Positions 22,712-31,800 of a DNA stretch of 64,000 nt are shown here, in pieces. The stretch is taken from assembly GCA_963422375.2 (NCBI GenBank), contig OY729428.2, positions 3,136,001 to 3,200,000 on the forward strand, read 5' to 3'. The notes beneath the pieces were generated by a model, which did no database searches, was not told the origin of the DNA, and saw only the letters and a list, made by a program, of their open reading frames with translations. The stretch's first letter is position 1. Every line of letters begins with the position of its first letter. This DNA is from Bryobacterales bacterium (GTDB taxonomy: Bacteria; Acidobacteriota; Terriglobia; Bryobacterales; UBA6623). The translations under genes and the position numbers were made by a program.

Positions 22712-24079
22712 CTACCTGTTCGACAGCCAGTCCTGCGTGTCCTGCAACGCGCCGCCGAAGCGGTCCAAGGCGATGTCGATCTCCGCTTCGGTGATGATCA
22801 GCGGCGGGGAGAACGCGACGGTGTCGCCAAGGGCACGCAGGATCAATCCGCGCTCAATCGCCCGTTGCATCAAGTAGGGACCGACTTCGAGACCTGACTC
22901 GAAGGGCTTCCGCGTGGCCCGGTCATCCACTAGCTCGACGCCGGCCATTAGCCCGACGCCGCGCACTTCGCCGACCAGCGGGTGGTCGGCGAAGCGTTCC
23001 CGCAAGCCCCCGAGCAGCCGCGGACCGATGCGGCGGACTCGCTCCACGATGTCCCTCTCCTCGTAGATCTTGAGGCATTCGAGCGCGACGGCGGCGCTGA
23101 CGGGATGGCCGCTGTAGGTGAATCCGTGGGCGAAGGTCCCCACGTCCTCGCTCCCGTCCCGCAGCACGCTGTACACCGGCTCGCTGACCATGACGGCCGA
23201 GATCGGTGCGTAGGCCGACGAAAGCTGCTTGGCGGTGGTCAGCATGTCGGGGCGGATGCCGAAGGTCTGCGAGCCCCACATGCTGCCCGTGCGGCCGAAT
23301 CCGCAGATGACTTCGTCCGCAATGAACAGCATGTCGTACCTGGATGTCACCTGCTGGACCTTCTCGAAGTAGCCGCGGGGCGGGACGATGACGCCTCCCG
23401 CGCCCATCACCGGCTCGGCGATCATCGCGGCCACGGTCTCGGGGCCTTCGTCGAGGATCTGCCGCTCGAGCTCCGACGCGAGGCGAGAGGCGTAGGCTTG
23501 CTCGGATTCCCCGGGCCGACCGCCGCGATAGTAGTGGGGCCGGGACGCGTGGAGGATGTTGGCGATGGGAAGGTCGAAGTTGCGGTGGTTGCGGAAGATG
23601 CCGGTAAGACTGCCCGCACCGACCGTGGACCCGTGGAAGCCGTCCGTGCGGGCGATGATCTTCTTCTTCCGCGGTCGTCCGAGGGCGTTGTTGTAGAACC
23701 AAACCATCCTGATCACCGTGTCGGACGCCTCGGAGCCGGAATTCGCGAAGAAGACCTTCGACATCGGTACGGGCGCCGACCGGAGCAGCCGCTCGGCCAG
23801 CTCGATCGCTGGCGAGTGGCTGCGGGACGTGAACAGGTGCATGAACGGCAAGGTCTTGAGCTGCCGGTAGGCGGCCTCCGCGAGGCGTGGCTCGTTGAAT
23901 CCCAGCGATGCGCACCAGAGGCCCGAAGCCGCTTCGAGGTAGGCGTTGCCGCGCTCGTCGTAGATCCAGACGCCGTCGCCCTTCGATATGACGAGCGGGC
24001 CTCCCACCTCGTGGGCGGTTGGCTTCGTAAACGGGTGCAGCACGCTCGCCACGTCGCGCGCGGTAGTCGACAACGACAT
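22712..24079 (-). CDS. class III PLP aminotransferase (omega-amino acid type)
   Basis: LHPFT, SGLWC, NSGSEA, FHGST, IAEPVMGAGG, FIADEVICGFGRTG, AKQLSS, HGFTYSGHP. Confidence 0.93.
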   Translation of the reverse strand: MSLSTTARDVASVLHPFTKPTAHEVGGPLVISKGDGVWIYDERGNAYLEAASGLWCASLGFNEPRLAEAAYRQLKTLPFMHLFTSRSHSPAIELAERLLRSAPVPMSKVFFANSGSEASDTVIRMVWFYNNALGRPRKKKIIARTDGFHGSTVGAGSLTGIFRNHRNFDLPIANILHASRPHYYRGGRPGESEQAYASRLASELERQILDEGPETVAAMIAEPVMGAGGVIVPPRGYFEKVQQVTSRYDMLFIADEVICGFGRTGSMWGSQTFGIRPDMLTTAKQLSSAYAPISAVMVSEPVYSVLRDGSEDVGTFAHGFTYSGHPVSAAVALECLKIYEERDIVERVRRIGPRLLGGLRERFADHPLVGEVRGVGLMAGVELVDDRATRKPFESGLEVGPYLMQRAIERGLILRALGDTVAFSPPLIITEAEIDIALDRFGGALQDTQDWLSNR

Positions 24080-24117
24080 CTAGAGCGAGTATGACATCTA
24101 GAGCGAGTATCGAGTAT
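24075..24117. repeat. tandem duplications (18 bp x2 plus 7 bp) over the aminotransferase start
   Basis: GACATCTAGAGCGAGTAT at 24075-24092 and 24093-24110, then CGAGTAT at 24111-24117. Confidence 0.95.
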
Positions 24118-24410
24118 AACGACACGCCACTCGAGGCTTTACGACTAGGGAGTCGGGAACGAGCACTACGGCCGAGCGGGCAACGCGACAGCCCGGCCTC
24201 CTCGGTCGTCTCACTGCCATCGGCCGTGGCGACAGCCTCCGCGTGCCGGCATAGGACTGAGACCTCGGCCAAGTCTTCTGAAAGGAATTTCCGCAGGGAC
24301 TCACTCGCCAGCACTCCGTCAACTCCATTTGACCGAGGGCGACCGAGCGCGATTCGGCGCTCGGCTCGGGACGCTGAGAGGATGTTTGCTAGAATGTAGT
24401 GGGTTGGGTG

Positions 24411-24638
24411 ATGGACTCGGACGTTCATGCACCGTTCGGCATTCACGTGGTCTGGCACCCCTGCTCGGATCTGGGCAAGTCACTGGCCAGAGCCATCTAT
24501 ACTCACTTCACGCACGATTCATACAGCAACGTAGCAGGCGGGCTCAGATTGCCGGTTCATTTTCGCAGTGAGCTTCCCCCCAACGCAAGCACGCCACTGA
24601 GAATCAATTGGAAGTCTGCAAGTGCGGTCGTAGTTTTT
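24411..24638 (+). pseudogene. 5' fragment of a low-GC gene, possibly a TIR/SLOG-type defence protein, cut by IS1595
   Basis: PFGIHVVWHP..LARAIYTHF..NVAGGLRLPVHFRS ends at the IS IR. Extended -10 TGCTAGAAT upstream. Family from recall only. Confidence 0.5.
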
Positions 24639-26020
24639 GGGAATTATATATCCGAGTGCCGAGGGAACCAAGCCGACAAATTATCATGCCACTAGATATT
24701 TTCCTGTTTTTTCCGGAGTTCCGTTGAAATTCGGTAGTGTTTCTTGGTAGAATAGTTCCAAGATATGAGATCGTATATGCAGAAGAAAGATCCTGGGAAG
24801 TGGTTTCGTAAAGGCCTCACCCTGATTGAAGTGATCGCCATGTTCCGCGATGACGAATCCGCGGAAAAGTGGTTCGCCTCCATGCGCTGGCCGGACGGCC
24901 CCGCGTGCCCCCGCTGCCGCGGCTCCAGCGTGCAGTCCGGCGCGGCCCACCCTTCGATGCCGTACCGTTGCCGCGGCTGCGGCAAGCGCTTTTCCGTGCG
25001 CACCGGCAGCGTGATGGCCGACACCAAGCTCGGCTACCGCACCTGGGCCGTCGCCCTGTTCCTGCTGACCACCGGCATCAAGGGTGTCTCGAGCATGAAG
25101 CTGCACCGCGACCTAGGCGTCAGCCGGAAGTCGGCCTGGCACCTCGCGCACCGCATCCGCCCGCGCCGGGCGCGGGCCCGTCGGCAAGACCCCGGTGGCG
25201 GGCGCGCGGGAGCGCGCCACGAACGCAGTGGCCGCGCGGCCGCTGCCGGGCACCGCCAAGGGCGACCTGCAGGGCTTCGTGCGCGGCCGGGTCGCGCCGG
25301 GCGCGCAGGTCCGCTCCGACGAGGCGGCGGCCTGCGCCGGCATGGCGGAGTTCCCGCACGAAGCCGTCCAGCATTCCGGCGGCGAGTACGTGCGCGGGGC
25401 GGCGCATACGAACGGCATCGAGTCGTTTTGGTCCCTGTTCAAGCACGGCCTCTACGGAACCTATCACCGGATGAGCGTCCGTCATCCGGGTCGCTACCTG
25501 ACGGAGTTCGCGGGACGGTGCAACGACCGCGACTGCGACACGGCGGAACAGATGCGGCGCATGGCGCGGGGCCTGGTCGGCCAGACGCTGACCTACCGGC
25601 AGCTGACCGGCAAGGCCGCAATCGCGGCCCGCTGCCGACGCACTCTTCACGCTCGATGCGCTTCACGCTCGGTGCGAGGGGCGCGCCGGATCTGGAATCC
25701 CCCGGCGCGACCCGCGTCCGGCCCGGACCGTCCATACAGGCCGTCGAGCGCCGGGGATCCGCTGTCTTCGGCCCTCGCAGGGCACGCAAGCGGCTTGCAA
25801 GGGGTGCCCTCCACCGCCAACCGGATTCCACCGGGGCATGCGAGGGGGCCTCTCTTATCCGTGCCTCGTCAATTCCGCTGGCAGCTTCGATTCAGATACG
25901 ATCCCATCTTGCTGTGCCTGCCGCGGCCGCATTCGAATGACCCGAGCCAGACGCCGACCTCCCTGCTCACAGCAGTTCTCGTCGGACATGGCGTTGTCGG
26001 CACTCAGATATATAATTCCC
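24639..26020 (+). mobile_element. IS1595-family insertion sequence (non-autonomous)
   Basis: 24-bp IR GGGAATTATATATC(C/T)GAGTGCCGA with one mismatch at 24639 and 26020. Confidence 0.92.
24777..25625 (+). pseudogene. IS1595 transposase with internal deletion/frameshift
   Basis: RWPDGPACPRC..YRCRGC zinc ribbon, KGVSSMKLHRDLGV..AWHLAHRIR, then a jump to GKTPVAG..SDE..HTNGIESFWSLFK. The VEVDETY segment is absent. Confidence 0.88.
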
Positions 26021-26538
26021 AAAAAAAGCGCCTTGGATTCCACGGGATCCGGCGGGCCGAACAGCCGACCGACAAATTGCTAAGGGCTCCTCGCGTGCCC
26101 GAAGTCCGCCCTTCAATTCGGCCCGGATGTCTAGAGATTTCTGTCGGATGTTGTTAGTAGGGAAGTAGGAGTGGACAAACACTCCATCTCAAGGATTTCT
26201 CACTTAGACAACCCTGTGTGCATGGCACCGACCTGGATTCGCCTACTGAATAGGGGGCGCTAGCGTGCAGGTCGTCAGAACTGCAGCTAGACAGTGAGGC
26301 AGGCGTTGAGCCGGCTGAGCGCGGCTTGATCTCCGGATACGTTGCTGCCGCCGTTCCGCTAAGGGCCAGAGGAAACTAATCCGTAAACGATCTCGCGTAG
26401 CAAGAGGAAGTCATGCAAGTCTAGGGCATTAGAGAGATTGCTGTATTCTGATCTCCGCTTCTGAGGGCTAGGCGATTCTCGGAGAAACGTGATTATACAG
26501 AATGCTAGAGTCCTTCCAGCGTAGCCTTTCACAAGGCC

Positions 26539-27363
26539 TCACTGCCGCATCGCGAGCACTTCCAACGCCTGCTTGACAATAGGCTGGTCCTCGAGCACGC
26601 CGTCCACTCCGTAGACTCCGCCTCGTCTATCCTTGAACCGCAGGACCACTTTCGACGCCTTGTCGATTTCCGCATCCGTAGGAGCGAACACCTCATTGAT
26701 GACAGGCACCTGCGCTGGATGGATGGCAGCCTGCCCGGTGAAGCCTAGGACCCTGCTTCTCCGCGCCGCGGCTCTCACCGTGTCTAGGTCCTTATAGGCC
26801 ATTTGAGGCGAATCAAAGACGGACAGACCAGCCGCCCGCGCAGCGTTCGCAACGCTGCACCTGGCAAAGGCAAGCTCGGGCTCCCCGGCAGTTCGCAGGA
26901 TCCTCATCGCCGCGCAGTAGTCCTCCGCCCCGAACATCAACCCTGTGACTCGCGCAGAAGCGAGGGCGACGACGGGAGCGTTGACGACGCCCCTAGGCGT
27001 CTCGATGAGAGGCAGAACGGGCACTGATCCCGGCAGCTCGGCCAAGAGTTCGTTCATTTCCCCGGCCCCCTCGCACTTCGGAATGACAATGCCAGCCGGG
27101 TCGCATTCCTGAACAGCCTCGCAGTCGTGACGGACGAGATCGCCCCGGGTCGCGTTGATGCGAATCAGCACGGGACGGCCGAGCGCCTTGAGGGCAGGCA
27201 TCGCTTCTCTCGTCGCGTCCCGCGCTCGCTGCTTGTTGCTCTCCGAGACCGCGTCCTCCCAGTCGACGATGAACGCGTCGGCCGAAATCCGAGAGGTCTT
27301 CGACAGCTTCCGGGGACTGTCCCCCGGAACGTAGAGGATGCTGCGAGCACTGCCGAGTTCCAT
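26539..27363 (-). CDS. HpcH/HpaI aldolase/citrate lyase (CitE-like) acyl-CoA lyase
   Basis: RSILYVPG, DWEDAV, IRIN, PLIETPRG, FGAEDY, GFTGQAAIHPAQV..NEVF. Confidence 0.92.
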   Translation of the reverse strand: MELGSARSILYVPGDSPRKLSKTSRISADAFIVDWEDAVSESNKQRARDATREAMPALKALGRPVLIRINATRGDLVRHDCEAVQECDPAGIVIPKCEGAGEMNELLAELPGSVPVLPLIETPRGVVNAPVVALASARVTGLMFGAEDYCAAMRILRTAGEPELAFARCSVANAARAAGLSVFDSPQMAYKDLDTVRAAARRSRVLGFTGQAAIHPAQVPVINEVFAPTDAEIDKASKVVLRFKDRRGGVYGVDGVLEDQPIVKQALEVLAMRQ

Positions 27364-27436
27364 CAAGGGACGCTCCGCTTCATAATGGGCACTGCGGGGC
27401 TCGCCGCGCGGGCGGCCACGGGAAGAACCCCAGCCA

Positions 27437-27898
27437 ATGGCATACGGGCGCTATTTCGACGATTTCGAGGTCGGGCAAGTGTTCCGGCACTGGCCGGGCA
27501 GGACCGTCTCCGAGGCAGACGATACGTGGTTCTCGCTGCTGACGATGAACCAGCACCCGGTTCACATCGACGCGAACTACGCTGCGCGGACGCAGCACGG
27601 ACAGAGGCTGGTGGTCGGCCCGCTCGTGTTCAGCATCGTGGTTGGCATGAGCGTAGCAGACGTGAGCGGGAGAGCGATCGCGAACCTCGACTACAGCGAG
27701 GTCAAGCACGTCGGGCCGGTATTTCACGGCGACACGCTATATGCGGAGAGCCGCATCGCCGGCCTGCGCGAGTCCCGGTCCAAGCCGGACCGCGGGCTCG
27801 TTTACGTGGAGAGTCGCGGCTTCAACCAGCGCGACGAGACCGTTCTGACGCTAAAGCGCACTGTGCTGGTTCCCAAGCGACCGCGAGGGATCGCATGA
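27437..27898 (+). CDS. MaoC family (R)-specific enoyl-CoA hydratase
   Basis: GRYFDDFEVG, GRTVSEAD, TMNQHPVHID, PVFHGDTL. Confidence 0.92.
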   Translation: MAYGRYFDDFEVGQVFRHWPGRTVSEADDTWFSLLTMNQHPVHIDANYAARTQHGQRLVVGPLVFSIVVGMSVADVSGRAIANLDYSEVKHVGPVFHGDTLYAESRIAGLRESRSKPDRGLVYVESRGFNQRDETVLTLKRTVLVPKRPRGIA

Positions 27899-29058
27899 GC
27901 TATTCGCTAAACGCGGAGCAGCGCCAGATTCGCGACGCCGTGCTTGAGGTCTGCTCGGACTTCCCCGGCGAGTACTGGCGCAAGCTGGACGAGACGCAAG
28001 GCTACCCTACCGACTTCGTGCGAGCGCTCACCGATGGCGGCTGGCTAGCGGCACTCATTCCCGAGGAATACGGCGGGAGCGGCCTCGGAATCCTCGAGGC
28101 AAGCCTCATCATGGAGGCGATCAACGCTTCGGGCGGCAATGCCGCCGCCTGTCACGCCCAGATGTACATCATGGGCGTGCTGACGCGCCGCGGCACAGGG
28201 GAGCAGAAGCAGAAGTTCCTGCCCGCTCTCGCCGACGGGCGGATCCGCCTGCAGGCCTTCGGCGTGACCGAGCCAACTACGGGCTCGGACACGACTCAGC
28301 TGCAGACTCGCGCGGTCAGGCGCGGAGACCGCTACCTCGTCCATGGGCAGAAGGTCTTCACCTCCCGCATCGAGCATTCGGATCTGATGCTGCTGCTGGT
28401 GAGGACCACCCCCCGGGACCAAGTCACGAGGAAGACCCACGGCCTGTCGATCCTGCTGGTGGACCTCGCCGAGTCGACGGGCATGGGAATCGAAATCCGG
28501 CCCCTTCGCACGATGATCAACCACCATACGTGCGAAGTGTTCCTGGACGGTCTCGAAGTGCCGATTTCCAACCGCATCGGCGAGGAGGGCGAGGGCTTTC
28601 GAGCGCTGCTGGACGGACTCAATGCGGAGCGCATCCTGATCGCGGCGGAATGCATCGGTGATGGGGGCTGGTTCATGGGCAAGGCGTGCGCGTACGCCCG
28701 GGAGCGAGTCGTCTTCGGTCGGCCCATCGGACAGAACCAAGGCGTTCAATTTCCCCTAGCCAAGGCGCACGCCCATATCGAAGCGGCGGACCTGATGCGA
28801 CACCATGCTGCGTCGCTGTACGACTCGGGGCAAGCCTGCGGGCCGCAAGCGAACATGGCGAAGCTGCTCGCCGCGGACGCGTCGTGGGAAGCGGCGAACG
28901 CCTGCCTGCAGACGCACGGGGGCTACGGATTCGCGGCGGACTACGACGTGGAGCGCAAGTTCAGGGAGACGCGCCTGTACCAAGTGGCCCCGGTATCGAC
29001 AAACCTGATCCTCTCCTACATCGCGGAGAGGGTGCTCGGACTACCCCGGTCCTATTGA
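27895..29058 (+). CDS. acyl-CoA dehydrogenase
   Basis: IPEEYGGSG, FGVTEPTTGSD, GQKVFTS, GLNAERI, RVVFGRPIGQNQ, QTHGGYGF, VERKFRE. ATGA overlap with MaoC. Confidence 0.95.
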   Translation: MSYSLNAEQRQIRDAVLEVCSDFPGEYWRKLDETQGYPTDFVRALTDGGWLAALIPEEYGGSGLGILEASLIMEAINASGGNAAACHAQMYIMGVLTRRGTGEQKQKFLPALADGRIRLQAFGVTEPTTGSDTTQLQTRAVRRGDRYLVHGQKVFTSRIEHSDLMLLLVRTTPRDQVTRKTHGLSILLVDLAESTGMGIEIRPLRTMINHHTCEVFLDGLEVPISNRIGEEGEGFRALLDGLNAERILIAAECIGDGGWFMGKACAYARERVVFGRPIGQNQGVQFPLAKAHAHIEAADLMRHHAASLYDSGQACGPQANMAKLLAADASWEAANACLQTHGGYGFAADYDVERKFRETRLYQVAPVSTNLILSYIAERVLGLPRSY

Positions 29059-30791
29059 GCTGCCTCATCGAAAGCCCGCTCCAGTCGCTCCAGGCCGCTT
29101 GTGAGGGGTCCGGAGAGGTGGATTCGTAGAGCCCGGCGTCGGAGGCTCGTCAGAACGTGGAAGTCTCCGAGGGCCTGGGCGGACTTGACGATTCCGAAGC
29201 TGAGATCCCGCCCCGGAACTGGAATATCGGCGTCGCCGTCGTCACCACCGATCTGCACGAAAACGCCGCTGTCCGGGCCGCCCTTGTGCAGCTGACCGGT
29301 CGAATGCAGGAACCGCGGCCCGAATCCGACACAGGTCGCGACGCCTCGCAGGGCTCCAACAGCGCGTCGCATCCTTGCAAGCGCGGCATGGGTCTCGGCA
29401 CTTCGGCGGACGAATGCCAGCAGGGCGACATAGTCCCCCGAGTCGGCCGTACTGAGATGCGAGCGCAGAACGGAAGCTACAGTAGGCGACTCGGAGTCCG
29501 CGAGCAGGCGCCGACCCTGCTCCGCGCCGGCGAAGAGGCTGATGCCAGCCTCCTCGAGCAATGGAGCCTCGGACGGCAGCGATCCATCCGATTCGTAAGA
29601 ATTCGCGAGCGCGCGCGCCGCGACCTTCGCGGACTCGACGTCCGGCTGGTCGAACGGGTTGATGCCGAGAACGGATCCGGCGACGGCCGTCGCGAACTCC
29701 CAGCGGAAAAACTCCTGTCCGATGTCCTCGAGACTGCCTATTCGGATTCGAACCACTGGATGGCCCAGCCGGTGCAACGCGTCCAATAGCGCGTCGGTCT
29801 CCGGGCAGGACTCTGCGCACAACGAAAAGCTCGCGAACACTCGGTCCGCAGAGTACTCGAACGGCTCACACAGCGCTTCGCCGTCCACGGGCACAATTCC
29901 CTTCCCCAGCTTGCCTGTCGACTCGGCGATCAGCTGCTCGATCCAAGGTCCGAGTGAGGCGAGCTTTGGAGATGACACAAGCGTGAGCTTGTCACGGCCC
30001 TCCAGTGCCGAGGCACCGAGGATGAGCCCGAGACGAAATCCCGGGTTCTGGCCGGGAGGCACGTCGGGCCCGCAGGCCGCGCACATTGCGCTAGCACCGG
30101 CTAGGAGTCGCTCGATGTCGAGGCCCATCGCCGCGGCGGGCACCAGCCCGAAGCGGGACAGAGCGGAATAACGGCCGCCGATGGACGGCTCCCCGTGCAT
30201 CACGTATCGAAAGCCAAGCGCCTTGGCCTTCGCCTCAAGTCGCGAACCTGGATCGGTGATCGCGACAAAGTGCCTCGCCGCTCGCTTGATCCCGACACGG
30301 GCCGCGAGCCGCTGCAGAAAGTGTTCCGTCAGCAATGCGGTCTCGAGCGTCGTCCCGGATTTGCTTGCGGAGATGAACAGCGTCGATTCAAGATCAATCG
30401 CTCGCTCGCAGCCGCGAAGCTCTCCGGGGACCGTGGAATCGACCACCCGCAATTCGGGAAACCCTTCTTGCGCACCGAAGGACAGGCTCAGCACTTCGGG
30501 GCAGAGGCTCGACCCGCCCATTCCCAAGAGGACTGCGTGGCGGAATCGTCCGCGTACGTCCGCGGCAAACACCCGAAGATCACCGCAGCACCGGAGCTGC
30601 TCGTCCGCGACGCCCAGCCAGCCGAGCCACTTCGACTCGCCGGACGACGTCCAAAGGGCCTCTTCGGCACCCCACAGCCGCAGGACGGCACCGCTGGCGA
30701 CCCACCGGTCGCCCAGTACCTGGAGCTCTTCGCGGAGAGGCCCAGCCAAGGCTTCAACTTGGGTGTTCAGTTCGAATCCGTACTTCGTCAT
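29052..30791 (-). CDS. pgi: glucose-6-phosphate isomerase (Pgi half of the Tal/Pgi fusion type)
   Basis: WLGWL, LGMGGSSL, SKSGTTLE, AITDPGS, IGGRYSALS, EQLIAESTGK, NPFDQPDVESAK, HSTGQLHKGG. Start 30791 or 30836. Confidence 0.9.
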   Translation of the reverse strand: MTKYGFELNTQVEALAGPLREELQVLGDRWVASGAVLRLWGAEEALWTSSGESKWLGWLGVADEQLRCCGDLRVFAADVRGRFRHAVLLGMGGSSLCPEVLSLSFGAQEGFPELRVVDSTVPGELRGCERAIDLESTLFISASKSGTTLETALLTEHFLQRLAARVGIKRAARHFVAITDPGSRLEAKAKALGFRYVMHGEPSIGGRYSALSRFGLVPAAAMGLDIERLLAGASAMCAACGPDVPPGQNPGFRLGLILGASALEGRDKLTLVSSPKLASLGPWIEQLIAESTGKLGKGIVPVDGEALCEPFEYSADRVFASFSLCAESCPETDALLDALHRLGHPVVRIRIGSLEDIGQEFFRWEFATAVAGSVLGINPFDQPDVESAKVAARALANSYESDGSLPSEAPLLEEAGISLFAGAEQGRRLLADSESPTVASVLRSHLSTADSGDYVALLAFVRRSAETHAALARMRRAVGALRGVATCVGFGPRFLHSTGQLHKGGPDSGVFVQIGGDDGDADIPVPGRDLSFGIVKSAQALGDFHVLTSLRRRALRIHLSGPLTSGLERLERAFDEAAQ

Positions 30792-30891
30792 CCTGTCCCT
30801 AGTATCGTTCGGGGCCTGCAACCACGGCTGATTCATAGAGATTGCTAGCTTTCATGTGTCAATGACTTACCTTTAGTGTGCTTCGTCCTAG

Positions 30892-31800
30892 CCCCAAAGT
30901 TCCAGGATGCGGGCAGTTAGGGGGTGGTCTGGCTCTTTCGGCGGGAATCGTGTGTACAGCCCGGGAAAACCCGGAGTTCCGCCAGGAGGAGGTGGTTGTG
31001 CGCCTGATTCAGCCCGACGAGCGGCTGGAGTGGGACCGGCGAATGGACCTAGGACACTATCTGCGCTTCCGGCGGGCCGCGGGCTGCGCTACGTCGCCGA
31101 GTGGCACGGGCAGTGGCTGGCCCTGGCGGGCTGGCAGACCGGCGTGTTCCAGTGCGCGCCGCTCGACCATTGGATCGGCTGGGTCGGCTGGATCGGCGCG
31201 GTGCGGATGCGCCGCCTGCATCTGAGCGGCAACAACACGCGCTTCCCGGTGCTGCCCGCGAGCGAGGGCCTGAAGATCCTCGGCTCGTATGTGCCGGGGG
31301 CCAATCCGCGGCACCTCGGCGCGGACTGGGAGCGGCGCCGGGGCATCCGCTGCTGCACCATCGTGAAGCCGAGCGCGTACCGTGGCAATGCGTACCTAGC
31401 GGCGAACTGGATTCCGGTGGGGCTGACTCAGGGCTAGGCGCGCTCGAACGGCAAGTACACCGCCAAGCACGGGGAGCACAAGGGTGCCGGTGTACCCGCT
31501 GCAGGACGGCGTGCGGGAACTGCTGCAGGACCCGCGGGACCGCCCGGAATGGTCCTGGTGCAGTATGAGCAGGCCGAGCTGCGCTCGCTGCGGGAGTTGC
31601 CGGACGAACTGGAGGACCCGCGCAGCATGCGCGGCCTGCGGCATCCGCCGGATGCCGCGGTGGCATTGCCGGCACTAGCGAAGCTGGCCGGGCACAGCGG
31701 CGGGCGGGCCGCCGAAGGGTTCGCCAAGGCCTTGACGCAAGAGCAGCTACGGCTCCTGGTCTGCTGCTTCCGGCGCGACCGCGGGCGCCACGAGGCGCCC
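30892..31800 (+). mobile_element. truncated ISAs1-type element with DUF4338 (DruA-like) N-terminal domain, pseudogenised
   Basis: HYL..LRYVAE..WLAL..WIGW..NNTRF..Y.AANWIPVGLT.G*AR, followed by DPRSMRGLRHP..LAKLAG..APSDS (ISAs1-associated domain). DDE part missing; begins after CTAG at 30888-30891. Confidence 0.72.

Noticed and set aside
22712..24079. Class III aminotransferase as the missing BioA
   Set aside because: It has the SGLWC and HGFTYSGHP pattern of omega-transaminases, not the SWW motif of BioA, and is unlinked to the bio operon.
6926..31436. Many in-frame TAG stops in pseudogenes, suggesting amber recoding or pyrrolysine
   Set aside because: Expected residues differ (Tyr, Lys, Glu, Gln), the same genes carry frameshifts or eroded motifs, and intact genes such as fabV and the epimerase end in TAG. 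TAG is the most accessible nonsense codon from GC-rich codons.
30892..31800. Druantia anti-phage system (DruA-like domain)
   Set aside because: The DUF4338 domain is followed by an ISAs1-associated domain and no other dru genes are present, so it is best read as a transposase remnant.
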